Source: an uncultured bacterium
Lineage (GTDB): Bacteria; Bacillota_I; Bacilli_A; RFN20; CAG-826
NCBI GenBank assembly: GCA_949297275.1
Contig: CASFQR010000004.1
Coordinates: 1 to 53,829, forward strand
Direction of reading: 5' to 3'
Length of the DNA: 53,829 nt
The first letter of the stretch is position 1; each line of letters starts with the position of its first letter. Under the pieces are notes generated by a model. That model saw only the letters and a list, made by a program, of their open reading frames with translations, ran no database searches and was not told where the DNA came from. This document shows, in pieces, positions 38,820 through 47,601 of the stretch. A program made the position numbers and the translations under genes.

Positions 38820-38889
38820 ATCTTAATTTTAAATCAATATCTTTTATTAAAAAAGATACTTTCTTTTTAAGGTAGTGTAAAATAAAGAA

Positions 38890-39816
38890 GTGATTAAAGT
38901 ACCAGCTTCTTTGTTTAAATATTTAATGGATAAGGGTGATAAAAAATATCTTAAAAGTCATCAAACTTTTGGTGTATATAATACGACAAGAAATCTAAGT
39001 TATTTAGGTGCGGACCTCTATTCAAGAAGCTATTATTTAGATATCTATTCACCAGTTGATAATTTTAATGGCATTACGATTTTTAATATTCATGGCGGTG
39101 GTTATTTTCAAGGCGATAAAGATTATAGTGAAATTTATTGTTCCTATTTTGTAAATCAAGGCTTTCAAGTTATTAATCTTAATTATCCTTTGATTGATAA
39201 TTTGATGGATATTGATATACGCAATCAGATTTATGCTTTAGTAATGGCTGTTAATTTTATCTATGATAATCGCCATAAATATCATGTTGATATTGATAAA
39301 TTATGTTTGATGGGCGATTCCGCTGGCGGCCATCTAGCGTTCATGGTTGGTCTCATTTTTTTGAATCCTCAAATGGCTAAATATTATCAATTACCTTATT
39401 TAGCCCCAATTACTTTTAAAGCCATTCATTTATCTTCTTCAATGTATGATTATGTTGGATTAAGAAAATTAGCCAACAAATATTTATATCGCGGTGGAAT
39501 TAGTAAAATATTTTCAAAACACTTTAATGATTCTGAATATTTAAAAATGAACTCACCTAAAACTTATGTTGATGATTTAAATATCTTTTTACCACCTTTA
39601 TTTATCATTACTTCAATTAATGATTTTTTTAAAGAAGAAACAATTAAATTACATCTTGATTTAAATAAGAGAAACATCGAACATTTTTATCATTATGAAA
39701 AAAGCGGCGATAAAAGATTAGGGCACATTTATAATCACTTTAATTTTGATTTAACCGAAGTGCAAAACATCAATTTAGTCATTACTGAATTTTTCATTAA
39801 GAAATGTTCTCAATAA
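38890..39816 (+). CDS. Alpha/beta hydrolase, HSL-type esterase/lipase
   Basis: Oxyanion motif HGGGYFQGD and nucleophile elbow GDSAGGHLA. The start is uncertain (GTG at 38890 or ATG at 38923). Confidence 0.75.
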   Translation: MIKVPASLFKYLMDKGDKKYLKSHQTFGVYNTTRNLSYLGADLYSRSYYLDIYSPVDNFNGITIFNIHGGGYFQGDKDYSEIYCSYFVNQGFQVINLNYPLIDNLMDIDIRNQIYALVMAVNFIYDNRHKYHVDIDKLCLMGDSAGGHLAFMVGLIFLNPQMAKYYQLPYLAPITFKAIHLSSSMYDYVGLRKLANKYLYRGGISKIFSKHFNDSEYLKMNSPKTYVDDLNIFLPPLFIITSINDFFKEETIKLHLDLNKRNIEHFYHYEKSGDKRLGHIYNHFNFDLTEVQNINLVITEFFIKKCSQ

Positions 39817-39836
39817 AGGAATTCACGCAGGAATAA

Positions 39837-39864
39837 TTGAAGAAATTATAAATTAATTTATAAT
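39837..39864 (+). promoter_or_regulatory. Promoter-like element overlapping a perfect 20-bp palindrome, 7 nt upstream of the ADC-AguA ATG
   Basis: TTGAAG, 16-nt spacer, TATAAT (39859-39864). ATTATAAATT|AATTTATAAT at 39845-39864 is a perfect palindrome. No SD precedes the ATG at 39872. Confidence 0.4.
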
Positions 39865-39871
39865 AAGACCA

Positions 39872-42523
39872 ATGAAAAAGTCGCAACATAGAACCCCTTA
39901 TTTCGATGCCTTAAAAAAATATGTCTTAGATGATGTATCACCCTTTGATGTTCCAGGCCATCATATGGGCAGTGTTCCTAATAAATTAAAATCATTTTTA
40001 GGTGAAATGGTTTTTAAGGCGGATGTTAATGCTCCTATTGGGCTAGATAATTTAGCGTCTCCTACGGGTGTGTTATTAGAAGCTTCGCGATTAATGGCTA
40101 ACTTCGCAAAAGCTGATCGCGCCTATTTTTTAATCAACGGCACGACTAGTGGCATTATCGCGATGATTATGACATCTTGTAAGGCTAACGATAAAATCAT
40201 TTTACCGCGAAATGTCCATAAATCGATTATTAGCGCTTTGGTCCTTAGCGGTGCGACACCAATTTATATCATGCCAAAACTCGATACCGAAATTGAGATT
40301 GCTAATCAACCATCGGTCGATGAATATATTAAAGCAATGAATCGCTATCCATCTGCGAAGGCTATTTTTGTTATTAATCCTACTTATTTTGGCTCAGTAA
40401 TAGATTTAAAAACTTTAGTCACTGAAGCCCATAAACGCGGGATGGCGGTTTTAGTTGATGAAGCGCATGGTGCGCATTATTACTTTAATAAAAATGGTCC
40501 CATCAGTGCGATGGAAGCAGGCGCGGATATATCGAGTGTCTCCTTCCATAAAACAGCGGGTTCATTAACGCAGTCGAGTGTTTTGTTATTAAACGAAGGA
40601 ATTTTCTTTAAAGAAGATATTCAAAAAACCTTAAATATTCTTAACACCACCTCGCCATCGACTCTCTTATTAGCGAGCCTAGATACCGCGCGTGAATTTG
40701 TGGCAATTCATGGACAAGAATATATGAATCGCATTTTAGAATATTCAATGTATGCGCGGGGGCAAATCAATAAAATCAAAGGGTTTAAAACAATCGACCG
40801 CGAACATTTTATTAAATATGGTTCCTTTGATTATGATTTAACCAAACTAGTTATTGCCATTGATCATTTAGATATTAATGGTTTTGAATTATATAAAATC
40901 TTAAAGAACGAATATAACATTCAAGTGGAATTAGCAGAAACTTATGTGGTGATGTGCGTGTTATCTATCGGCACTAAAAAGAAACACCTCCTAGCGTTAA
41001 TTAAGGCCTTAAAAGATATATCTAAAAAGCATTATAAGAAGAGCAATGCGCGCCTTGAACACACTTTTGGTATTGATTTTCCTTATATTTTGATGCGTCC
41101 GCGTTTAGCTTATCACGCGGCGGGCAAAAAAGCGCCATTAGAAGAAGCAATTAATGAAGTGAGTAAAGAGCAATTAATGATTTATCCTCCGGGTATTCCC
41201 TTAATCGTGCCAGGCGAAGTCTTTACTAAAGAACTTGTTGATCGCATTTTATCTTATAAAAAAAGTAAATGTACGATCCTTTCACAATATAAAAGGGCTG
41301 ATTATGTTTCGATTATTGATAAAGATAAATGGCCACAATTTCATTTATATCGTCGCCGCTTAGATGATTATTTATTAAAGAAAATTACTACCCCGCGCGG
41401 CGATGATTATTTAATGCCGTTTGAAGGTGATAAACATCAAGGCACCATCATCTTTTTACCATATCGAAAAGATACATGGCGGAATAATGCTTTGCCTGCT
41501 CGTGAAGCTTATAAAAATGTCATCATGGCAATTAAAAACTATGAGAAGGTTTATGTCGGTATTGATCCTAGTATCTATAACAAAGTTATTGCTGAATATG
41601 AAAATATCGATAATGTCATTCCTTTAAAAATTAAATATGACGATGCTTGGGCGCGCGATACCTCGCCTATTTTTGTAAAAAATAAGCAAGGCAAATTGCG
41701 TTGTGTTGATTTTAGATTTAATGCTTGGGGCGGCGATGTTGATGGTTTATATTCTAATTACAAAGAAGATAATTTATTAAAGAAAACAATCGCTAAATAT
41801 TTTAATGTTGATCGTTATTATTTAGATGATTTTATCCTTGAAGGCGGGAGCATCCATGTCGATGGTCAAGGAACATGTTTAGTGACGGAAGCATGTTTAT
41901 TATCAGCGGGGCGAAATCCTACCTTAACTAAACAAGAAATAGAAGAAACTTTAAAAATTTATCTTAATGTTTCAAAAGTCATTTGGCTTAAGCATGGCAT
42001 TTATTTAGATGAAACGAATGAACATATTGATAATATTGCCTGTTTTATTCGTCCAGGAGTAATTGCGTTAGGGTGGTGCCTAGATAAAGATGATCCACAA
42101 TATGCTTATTCGGCCTCTTGTTATAACATTTTAAAAAAGGAAACGGATGCTTTGGGGAATCCCTTTAAAATCGTCAAGATCCCTTTACCAGCCCCGATGT
42201 ATATGTCAAAAGAAGAAGCTTTTGGTATTAAAAATGGTAGATATGGGGCGTTAGAACGCCTCGAAGGCAATCGCCTAGCTGCAAGTTATATCAATTTTTA
42301 CCAAGGGGAAAAATTTGTCATTATGCCAAAATTTAATGTTCCAGAAGATGATATTGCTTATAAAAAGATTAAAAAACAATATCCTGATAAAGATGTGATT
42401 CAAATTGATAGCCGAGAAATTCTTTTAGGCGGCGGCAATATTCATTGCATTACCATGCAAGTACCTTTTAAGGAGGAAATTAACGATGAAAGTCTCTGTG
42501 GCAATCACCCAAATGAAAATTAG
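39872..42523 (+). CDS. speA-aguA: Fusion protein: Orn/Lys/Arg-decarboxylase-family (SpeA-type arginine decarboxylase) N-terminal domain plus agmatine deiminase C-terminal domain (883 aa)
   Basis: N-terminal half: FDVPGHHMG and the PLP-lysine motif SFHKTAGSLTQSS. From about aa 505: MPFEGDKHQGTIIFLPYRKDTWR, WARDTSPIF, LEGGSIHVDGQGTCLVTE, NEHIDN, and catalytic GGGNIHCITMQ. One uninterrupted frame. Confidence 0.9.
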   Translation: MKKSQHRTPYFDALKKYVLDDVSPFDVPGHHMGSVPNKLKSFLGEMVFKADVNAPIGLDNLASPTGVLLEASRLMANFAKADRAYFLINGTTSGIIAMIMTSCKANDKIILPRNVHKSIISALVLSGATPIYIMPKLDTEIEIANQPSVDEYIKAMNRYPSAKAIFVINPTYFGSVIDLKTLVTEAHKRGMAVLVDEAHGAHYYFNKNGPISAMEAGADISSVSFHKTAGSLTQSSVLLLNEGIFFKEDIQKTLNILNTTSPSTLLLASLDTAREFVAIHGQEYMNRILEYSMYARGQINKIKGFKTIDREHFIKYGSFDYDLTKLVIAIDHLDINGFELYKILKNEYNIQVELAETYVVMCVLSIGTKKKHLLALIKALKDISKKHYKKSNARLEHTFGIDFPYILMRPRLAYHAAGKKAPLEEAINEVSKEQLMIYPPGIPLIVPGEVFTKELVDRILSYKKSKCTILSQYKRADYVSIIDKDKWPQFHLYRRRLDDYLLKKITTPRGDDYLMPFEGDKHQGTIIFLPYRKDTWRNNALPAREAYKNVIMAIKNYEKVYVGIDPSIYNKVIAEYENIDNVIPLKIKYDDAWARDTSPIFVKNKQGKLRCVDFRFNAWGGDVDGLYSNYKEDNLLKKTIAKYFNVDRYYLDDFILEGGSIHVDGQGTCLVTEACLLSAGRNPTLTKQEIEETLKIYLNVSKVIWLKHGIYLDETNEHIDNIACFIRPGVIALGWCLDKDDPQYAYSASCYNILKKETDALGNPFKIVKIPLPAPMYMSKEEAFGIKNGRYGALERLEGNRLAASYINFYQGEKFVIMPKFNVPEDDIAYKKIKKQYPDKDVIQIDSREILLGGGNIHCITMQVPFKEEINDESLCGNHPNEN

Positions 42524-43346
42524 CGGAAATAAAGAAGAGAATATTTTAAAGGCTGATAAATTAATTGCTGAAGCAAAAAACGCAGGCGCGCAGATCATTC
42601 TCTTACAAGAACTATTTTCCGATTTATATTTTTGTCAAATCGAAGATTATGATAATTTTAATAAAGCTGAAACATTTAATGACTCTTCACTAATTAAACA
42701 TTTCCAAGAAGTAGCTAAAAAGCATCAAGTTGTATTACCAATCTCATTTTTTGAAAAGAGTGGGGTGAATTATTTTAATTCTTTAGCAATGATTGACGCG
42801 GATGGAAAGGTTTTAGGTTTATATCGTAAAATGCATATTCCAACTGGGCAATGTTATGAAGAAAAATTTTATTTTACTCCTGGTGATTTAGGTTATAAGG
42901 TTTTTCAAACTAAATATGGCAAAATTGGAGTAGGAATTTGTTGGGATCAATGGTTTCCGGAAGTCGCGAGAATTTTAACTTTAAAAGGGGCGGAATTGAT
43001 TGTTTATCCAACAGCAATTGGAAGCGAGCCTGTATTAAAGCGCGATTCGATGATTCATTGGCAAAATACGATGGCGGGGCATGCATCTGCTAATTTAATA
43101 CCCGTCTTAGCGAGCAATCGTGTCGGTAAAGAAATTGCTAAAGATTCTTCGATGGTGTTTGGCGGTTATTCTTTTATTGCTAATCAGCATGGGGAGGTTG
43201 TTGCCCAAATGAACCGTGAAGAAGAAGGCTATCGCCTTTATCAATTTGATTTAGCAGCAATTAATCAAGAAAGAATATCGTGGGGAGTATTTCGCGATCG
43301 CCGAATCGATTCCTATCATGATTTATTAAAAAATGGCGAAGAATAA
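42486..43346 (+). CDS. aguB: N-carbamoylputrescine amidase (nitrilase superfamily)
   Basis: LQELF (Glu), YRKMHIP (Lys) and ICWDQWFPE (Cys) form the catalytic triad context. 38-nt overlap with the fusion gene. Confidence 0.9.
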   Translation: MKVSVAITQMKISGNKEENILKADKLIAEAKNAGAQIILLQELFSDLYFCQIEDYDNFNKAETFNDSSLIKHFQEVAKKHQVVLPISFFEKSGVNYFNSLAMIDADGKVLGLYRKMHIPTGQCYEEKFYFTPGDLGYKVFQTKYGKIGVGICWDQWFPEVARILTLKGAELIVYPTAIGSEPVLKRDSMIHWQNTMAGHASANLIPVLASNRVGKEIAKDSSMVFGGYSFIANQHGEVVAQMNREEEGYRLYQFDLAAINQERISWGVFRDRRIDSYHDLLKNGEE

Positions 43347-44205
43347 ACAAGTTGCTTTAGCAATTCAAGGCGGTGGTGTCCGCGGCGCTTTTTCTAGTGG
43401 TGTCATCGATGTCTTTATCGAAGAAGGAATTTATTTTCCTTATATCTTAGGTGTTTCTAGCGGGGTATTAAATGCTTGCAATTATGTTTCTAAAGATATT
43501 AAAAGATCTTATATTGTTTGTACAAAATATATGAACGACGAACGCTTTTTTGGTAAAAAAGCCCGCAAAAGTAGTGGATCTTTTTTCAATTTTGAATTTT
43601 TAATGAATGATTTAAACCGCGAATTACATTTTTCGGATGATGTTTTTGATCATAGTAAACAAGAGATTGTTGCGATTGCTACGAATTTAGATAGTGGAGA
43701 ATATGAACCATTTTATAAAAGTCAAATGGGAGCGGAACGCTTTTTAAAAGAAGCTTGTGTTGCTAGTGCTTCTCTACCCCTTTTATCCAAAAAAATCGTT
43801 ATTGATGGTAAAGAATATCTCGATGGCGGCATCAAAACCCCCTTACCAGTCGAACAAGTTTTTAATGATGGTTATGACAAAGTAGTTATTATCCTTTCGC
43901 GGCCTCTTGGCAAAAGAAAAGAGAAGAATTTACGCGATAAATTAATTGCTAAGTCGCCATTATTTTATGGTAAGAAATACCAAAATATTCGCAAGGCGAT
44001 TCGCGAAGAATATTTATCCTATAATCGCGAGCTTAATTATATTGAATCTCTTCCTAAAGACATAGCATACATTATCGCGCCTAAAACTACCTACGATGTT
44101 AAAGTGACAGAAAAAGATATTTCAAAAATTGAAAAATTATATTTAGATGGAAGAAATTACGCCTTGGAACATTTAGAGGAGATTAAGAAATTTATCAATG
44201 AATAA
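43333..44205 (+). CDS. Patatin-like phospholipase
   Basis: QGGGVRGAF oxyanion motif, GVSSG nucleophile, and DGG(I) aspartate motif. Confidence 0.85.
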   Translation: MAKNKQVALAIQGGGVRGAFSSGVIDVFIEEGIYFPYILGVSSGVLNACNYVSKDIKRSYIVCTKYMNDERFFGKKARKSSGSFFNFEFLMNDLNRELHFSDDVFDHSKQEIVAIATNLDSGEYEPFYKSQMGAERFLKEACVASASLPLLSKKIVIDGKEYLDGGIKTPLPVEQVFNDGYDKVVIILSRPLGKRKEKNLRDKLIAKSPLFYGKKYQNIRKAIREEYLSYNRELNYIESLPKDIAYIIAPKTTYDVKVTEKDISKIEKLYLDGRNYALEHLEEIKKFINE

Positions 44206-45118
44206 AAACGAGAAGAAAAGACAGAAACTCAAAAAGAAAGCACCTTTAAAATTTAAAGAATTCAAAGTTAAAGATAAATGCTTTTTACTTGAATTTTTAA
44301 TTAGTAAATATCCATCTTTATCACGCAATAACGTAAAGCATTTACTGTCGGGTCGCTATGTCTCGGTAGGTGGGGCAATTGTTACCCAGTTCAATTTAGA
44401 ACTAAATAAAGAAGATGTCGTTGTCGTTTTTGATAGTCCACTTCGTCAATCTAAAAAACCATCGCGCCTACCAATCATTTATGAAGACGATGAAATTATT
44501 GTTATTGATAAACCAGCCGGCTTATTAAGCGTTGATAATGATAAAGAAAAAAGGGCAACGGCCTTTCGGTTAGTAAATGATTATCTTCAGGCCAAAGATA
44601 AACATAGTCGCATTTATGTCACCCATCGCCTCGACGAAGATACTTCGGGTATTTTGTTATTTTCCAAAAATAATAAAATCAAAGAAGCTTTACAAAAAGA
44701 TTGGTCTACTTTAGTTAAAAAAAGAGGCTATTATGCTTTAGTTGAAGGAACCTTTAAAGAAAAAAGTGGTACCTTAATCAATTACTTAAAAGAAAATAAA
44801 TTAAACCTTATGTATATTAGTGATGACAAAGTGCATGGCAAAAAATGCATCACAAATTATCAAGTAATTCGTGAAAATGAAGCCTATTCCTTACTCGATG
44901 TTAATATTGAAACGGGTCGTAAAAATCAAATTCGCGTGCAACTTGGACATCTTAATCATTATGTGGTTGGCGATGATAAATATGGTAATCCCTCTAATCC
45001 CATTAATCGTTTGGGGTTACATGCTTATGAATTAGATGTTATTCATCCTTTTTCCCAACGCTTAATGAAATTTCGCTCGAAAATGCCAAAAGAATTTTTA
45101 TCGTTATTTAAAAAATAA
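44198..45118 (+). CDS. RluA-family 23S rRNA/tRNA pseudouridine synthase with an S4 domain
   Basis: HRLDEDTSGILLFSKN catalytic Asp motif, GRKNQIRVQL, and an N-terminal S4-like region. Confidence 0.88.
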   Translation: MNKNEKKRQKLKKKAPLKFKEFKVKDKCFLLEFLISKYPSLSRNNVKHLLSGRYVSVGGAIVTQFNLELNKEDVVVVFDSPLRQSKKPSRLPIIYEDDEIIVIDKPAGLLSVDNDKEKRATAFRLVNDYLQAKDKHSRIYVTHRLDEDTSGILLFSKNNKIKEALQKDWSTLVKKRGYYALVEGTFKEKSGTLINYLKENKLNLMYISDDKVHGKKCITNYQVIRENEAYSLLDVNIETGRKNQIRVQLGHLNHYVVGDDKYGNPSNPINRLGLHAYELDVIHPFSQRLMKFRSKMPKEFLSLFKK

Positions 45119-45203
45119 TTTTTTGCGATAAATCACTTTTTAGGTTGTAAAAATATTATTAAATATACATAATATTTTCAGTGAGCGTTTCGATAAAAAA
45201 ATT

Positions 45204-46736
45204 ATGGTTTTAGAGTGGCTAAAAAAATTAAAAGAAGCAGTCTTATCTACCTTACCGGTAGTAATGATTGTTTTAATTATTTTTCTTGTTGACCGCTTTT
45301 TATTAGATGCGACCCTAACTAACGATGACATTATTTTATTTGCGATTTCAGCCGTTTTATTAACAATCGGAATGTGGTTATTTAATGTTGGGGCAGAAGC
45401 GAGCACGGCTAAGCTCGGAGAATATGTTGGGGCGACCTTAACGAAGAAAAAAAGTATCGTTTTGCTGGTAATTATTGTCTTTTTAGTCGGTGTATTAATC
45501 ACCGTGGCTGAACCAGATTTATCAGCTTTAGCTAATCAAGTTCCGATTAATAATTATGTTTTAATTATCACAATTGGTGTAGGGGTAGGTGCCTTCTTAG
45601 TCGTTGGAGTTTTACGCATTATTTTTCAAAAAAGTTTAAAAGTTTGGTTATTAGCTTTTTACGCTTTAATGTTTGCTTTTGCGTGTCTACTTGATGAACA
45701 ATATTTGCCAATTTCATTAGATAGTGGCGGCGTTACGACTGGCCCAATAACCGTACCATTTATTTTAGCCCTTGGCATTGGGGTTGCGACTAGTCGCGGT
45801 GGTAAAAAAACTAATTCCGATTCTTTTGGTTTGGTAGCTTTTGCCTCGATTGGCCCCATTTTAATGGTGATGATTTTATCGTTAATTTTACAACACAATA
45901 ATGTAAACTTAGTCACTTCTAGCAGTGAAACTATGAGTGGTATCTTAGGTCCTTTAGGCCATGCCTTTGCGGATTCTTCTTTAAATGTTTTAATCTCTTT
46001 ATCTCCAATTGCTATCTTCTTTATTATCTTCAATTTTATTTTTATTAAATTGCCAAAGAAAACCTTGTTAAAGATTCTAGTGGCTTTAGTTTATACTTAT
46101 GTTGGCTTGGTGTTATTTTTAGGGGCAGTGGAAGCCGGTTTTATGAATATGGGGACCAAATTAGGTAATATCCTCGGCTTAAATGAAAATAATTTCTGGA
46201 TTTTAATTTTAGTGGGAGTCTTTTTAGGCATTGCGGCTATTTTTGCTGAACCGGCTGTTCATATCTTAACCTCGGAAATTGAAACTGTTAGTGATGGTAC
46301 AATTCATAAAGGTTTAGTTTTAATTGCTTTAGCCCTCGGTAATGGTTTAGCAATCACCTTAGCGATTTTACGCATTAAATATCAATTCCCACTTCTATAT
46401 TATATTATTCCTGGCTACATCCTCGCGTTTATTTTGGCTTTTATTGTTCCTGATATTTATAATGGTATCGCTTTTGATAGTGGTGGAGTTGTTAGTGGCC
46501 CAATGAATTCAACATTCCTTATACCATTTGCTACTGGTGTAGCGACTGCTTTAGGTATTAGTGGCGCAGACATCATGAAATATGCTTTTGGCATGATTGC
46601 GCTGGTTGCTATGATGCCTTTAATTACTTTACAAACAGTCGGGTTAATTGCTATCTTTAGGAAGAAATTCATTTATCATAAAGCACGTGAAAGCATTCGT
46701 GATGAATTCGATTTACAAGTTATTCATTTTGAGTAG
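45204..46736 (+). CDS. DUF1538-type polytopic membrane protein (putative transporter) with internal duplication
   Basis: About 12 TM segments. The two halves each carry DSGGV(T/V)(T/S)GP...(F/I)...A(L/T)G(I/V)(G)VA (nt ~45720-45790 and ~46476-46546). Followed by two PII-like genes. Confidence 0.6.
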   Translation: MVLEWLKKLKEAVLSTLPVVMIVLIIFLVDRFLLDATLTNDDIILFAISAVLLTIGMWLFNVGAEASTAKLGEYVGATLTKKKSIVLLVIIVFLVGVLITVAEPDLSALANQVPINNYVLIITIGVGVGAFLVVGVLRIIFQKSLKVWLLAFYALMFAFACLLDEQYLPISLDSGGVTTGPITVPFILALGIGVATSRGGKKTNSDSFGLVAFASIGPILMVMILSLILQHNNVNLVTSSSETMSGILGPLGHAFADSSLNVLISLSPIAIFFIIFNFIFIKLPKKTLLKILVALVYTYVGLVLFLGAVEAGFMNMGTKLGNILGLNENNFWILILVGVFLGIAAIFAEPAVHILTSEIETVSDGTIHKGLVLIALALGNGLAITLAILRIKYQFPLLYYIIPGYILAFILAFIVPDIYNGIAFDSGGVVSGPMNSTFLIPFATGVATALGISGADIMKYAFGMIALVAMMPLITLQTVGLIAIFRKKFIYHKARESIRDEFDLQVIHFE

Positions 46737-46741
46737 AAAAT

Positions 46742-47212
46742 ATGGGTGAAGTTAAAAAGATTATTAAAAAGATTAAAAAGAATGTTTCGAGAAAGAAAAA
46801 TGATCGAAATGATTTAAGAGCGGAATCTTTTGAACAAAAACACTCGTTAAGTAAATTAAAATTATTTATTATCATTGTTAATTATGGTCAAGCAGATGCA
46901 ATTATTAAAAAGTTAGAAAGTATCGAAGTAGGTGCGTCTTTTACCATTACTGGTCAAGGAACGGGTTCAAGAGATATTTATGAAGTTATCGGCTTAACCG
47001 ATACGAAAAAACAAGTAATTTTAACGATTATAAAAGAAGAAAACACCGCAAAAATCAAAGATTTATTAGAAAATCGTTTTAAAGTCTCGCGAGCGGCAAA
47101 AGGAGTGGCTTTCTCAATTAAGATGACTTCAATTGTTGGTGTGGTGATGTATCGCTATTTAGCCAATATGCGCTTTTTAAAGGAAAAGGAAGAGGATAGT
47201 AAAAATGAATGA
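46742..47212 (+). CDS. PII-like signalling protein with a Lys-rich N-terminal extension
   Basis: Core LFIIIVNYGQADAIIKKLESIEVGASFTITGQGTG...VILTIIKEEN...GVAFSIKMTSIVG fits a ferredoxin-like PII fold. It is preceded by about 40 residues rich in K/R. Confidence 0.6.
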   Translation: MGEVKKIIKKIKKNVSRKKNDRNDLRAESFEQKHSLSKLKLFIIIVNYGQADAIIKKLESIEVGASFTITGQGTGSRDIYEVIGLTDTKKQVILTIIKEENTAKIKDLLENRFKVSRAAKGVAFSIKMTSIVGVVMYRYLANMRFLKEKEEDSKNE

Positions 47213-47558
47213 AGAATTAAATCAATTAAAAAAAGAAATGGTGGACGCTCCTAAAGAGGCTGAATTAATTATTGTAATTGTTAATGCTGGTTTTGCTGAT
47301 TTAGTGATGGAAGCAGCAAAAAGAAAAGGCGCGCGTGGTGGCACTATCTTGCATGCAAGAGGGACAGGCACTAAAGAGATGGAAAAATTCTTTGGAGTTG
47401 TTATTTCTCCTGAAAAAGAAATTGTTCTCGTTTTAGTTAGTAAAGAATTACGTGACGATATTTTAAAAGAAGTTTATAAAGATGCAGGTTTAGATACGAA
47501 TGGTCAAGGGATTGCTTTTTCGATGCCTGTCAGTGATGTAATTGGGGCCACAATCTAA
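47205..47558 (+). CDS. PII-like signalling protein
   Basis: LIIVIVNAGFADLVMEAAKRKGARGGTILHARGTG...IVLVLVSKE...GIAFSMPVSDVIG. 8-nt overlap with the preceding PII-like gene. Confidence 0.65.
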   Translation: MNEELNQLKKEMVDAPKEAELIIVIVNAGFADLVMEAAKRKGARGGTILHARGTGTKEMEKFFGVVISPEKEIVLVLVSKELRDDILKEVYKDAGLDTNGQGIAFSMPVSDVIGATI

Positions 47559-47571
47559 AAAGTAATAATAC

Positions 47572-47601
47572 AATAGTCTATTTTTATGATAGACTATTTT
47601 T
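47572..47601 (+). terminator. Rho-independent terminator after the PII-like genes
   Basis: aatagtctat-ttttatg-atagactatt forms a perfect 10-bp stem followed by a T-rich tail. Confidence 0.65.

Noticed and set aside
38838-38857. Hairpin tatctttt-atta-aaaagata in the divergent region between the SDR and esterase genes
   Set aside because: It is an AT-only 8-bp stem in a region where both flanking genes start rather than end. Its significance cannot be distinguished from chance in AT-rich DNA.
45140-46672. Minus-strand ORFs 45140..45502, 45659..46033 and 46457..46672
   Set aside because: They are antisense to the DUF1538 membrane protein gene. Their hydrophobic mirror-image composition is typical of shadows of TM-rich genes.
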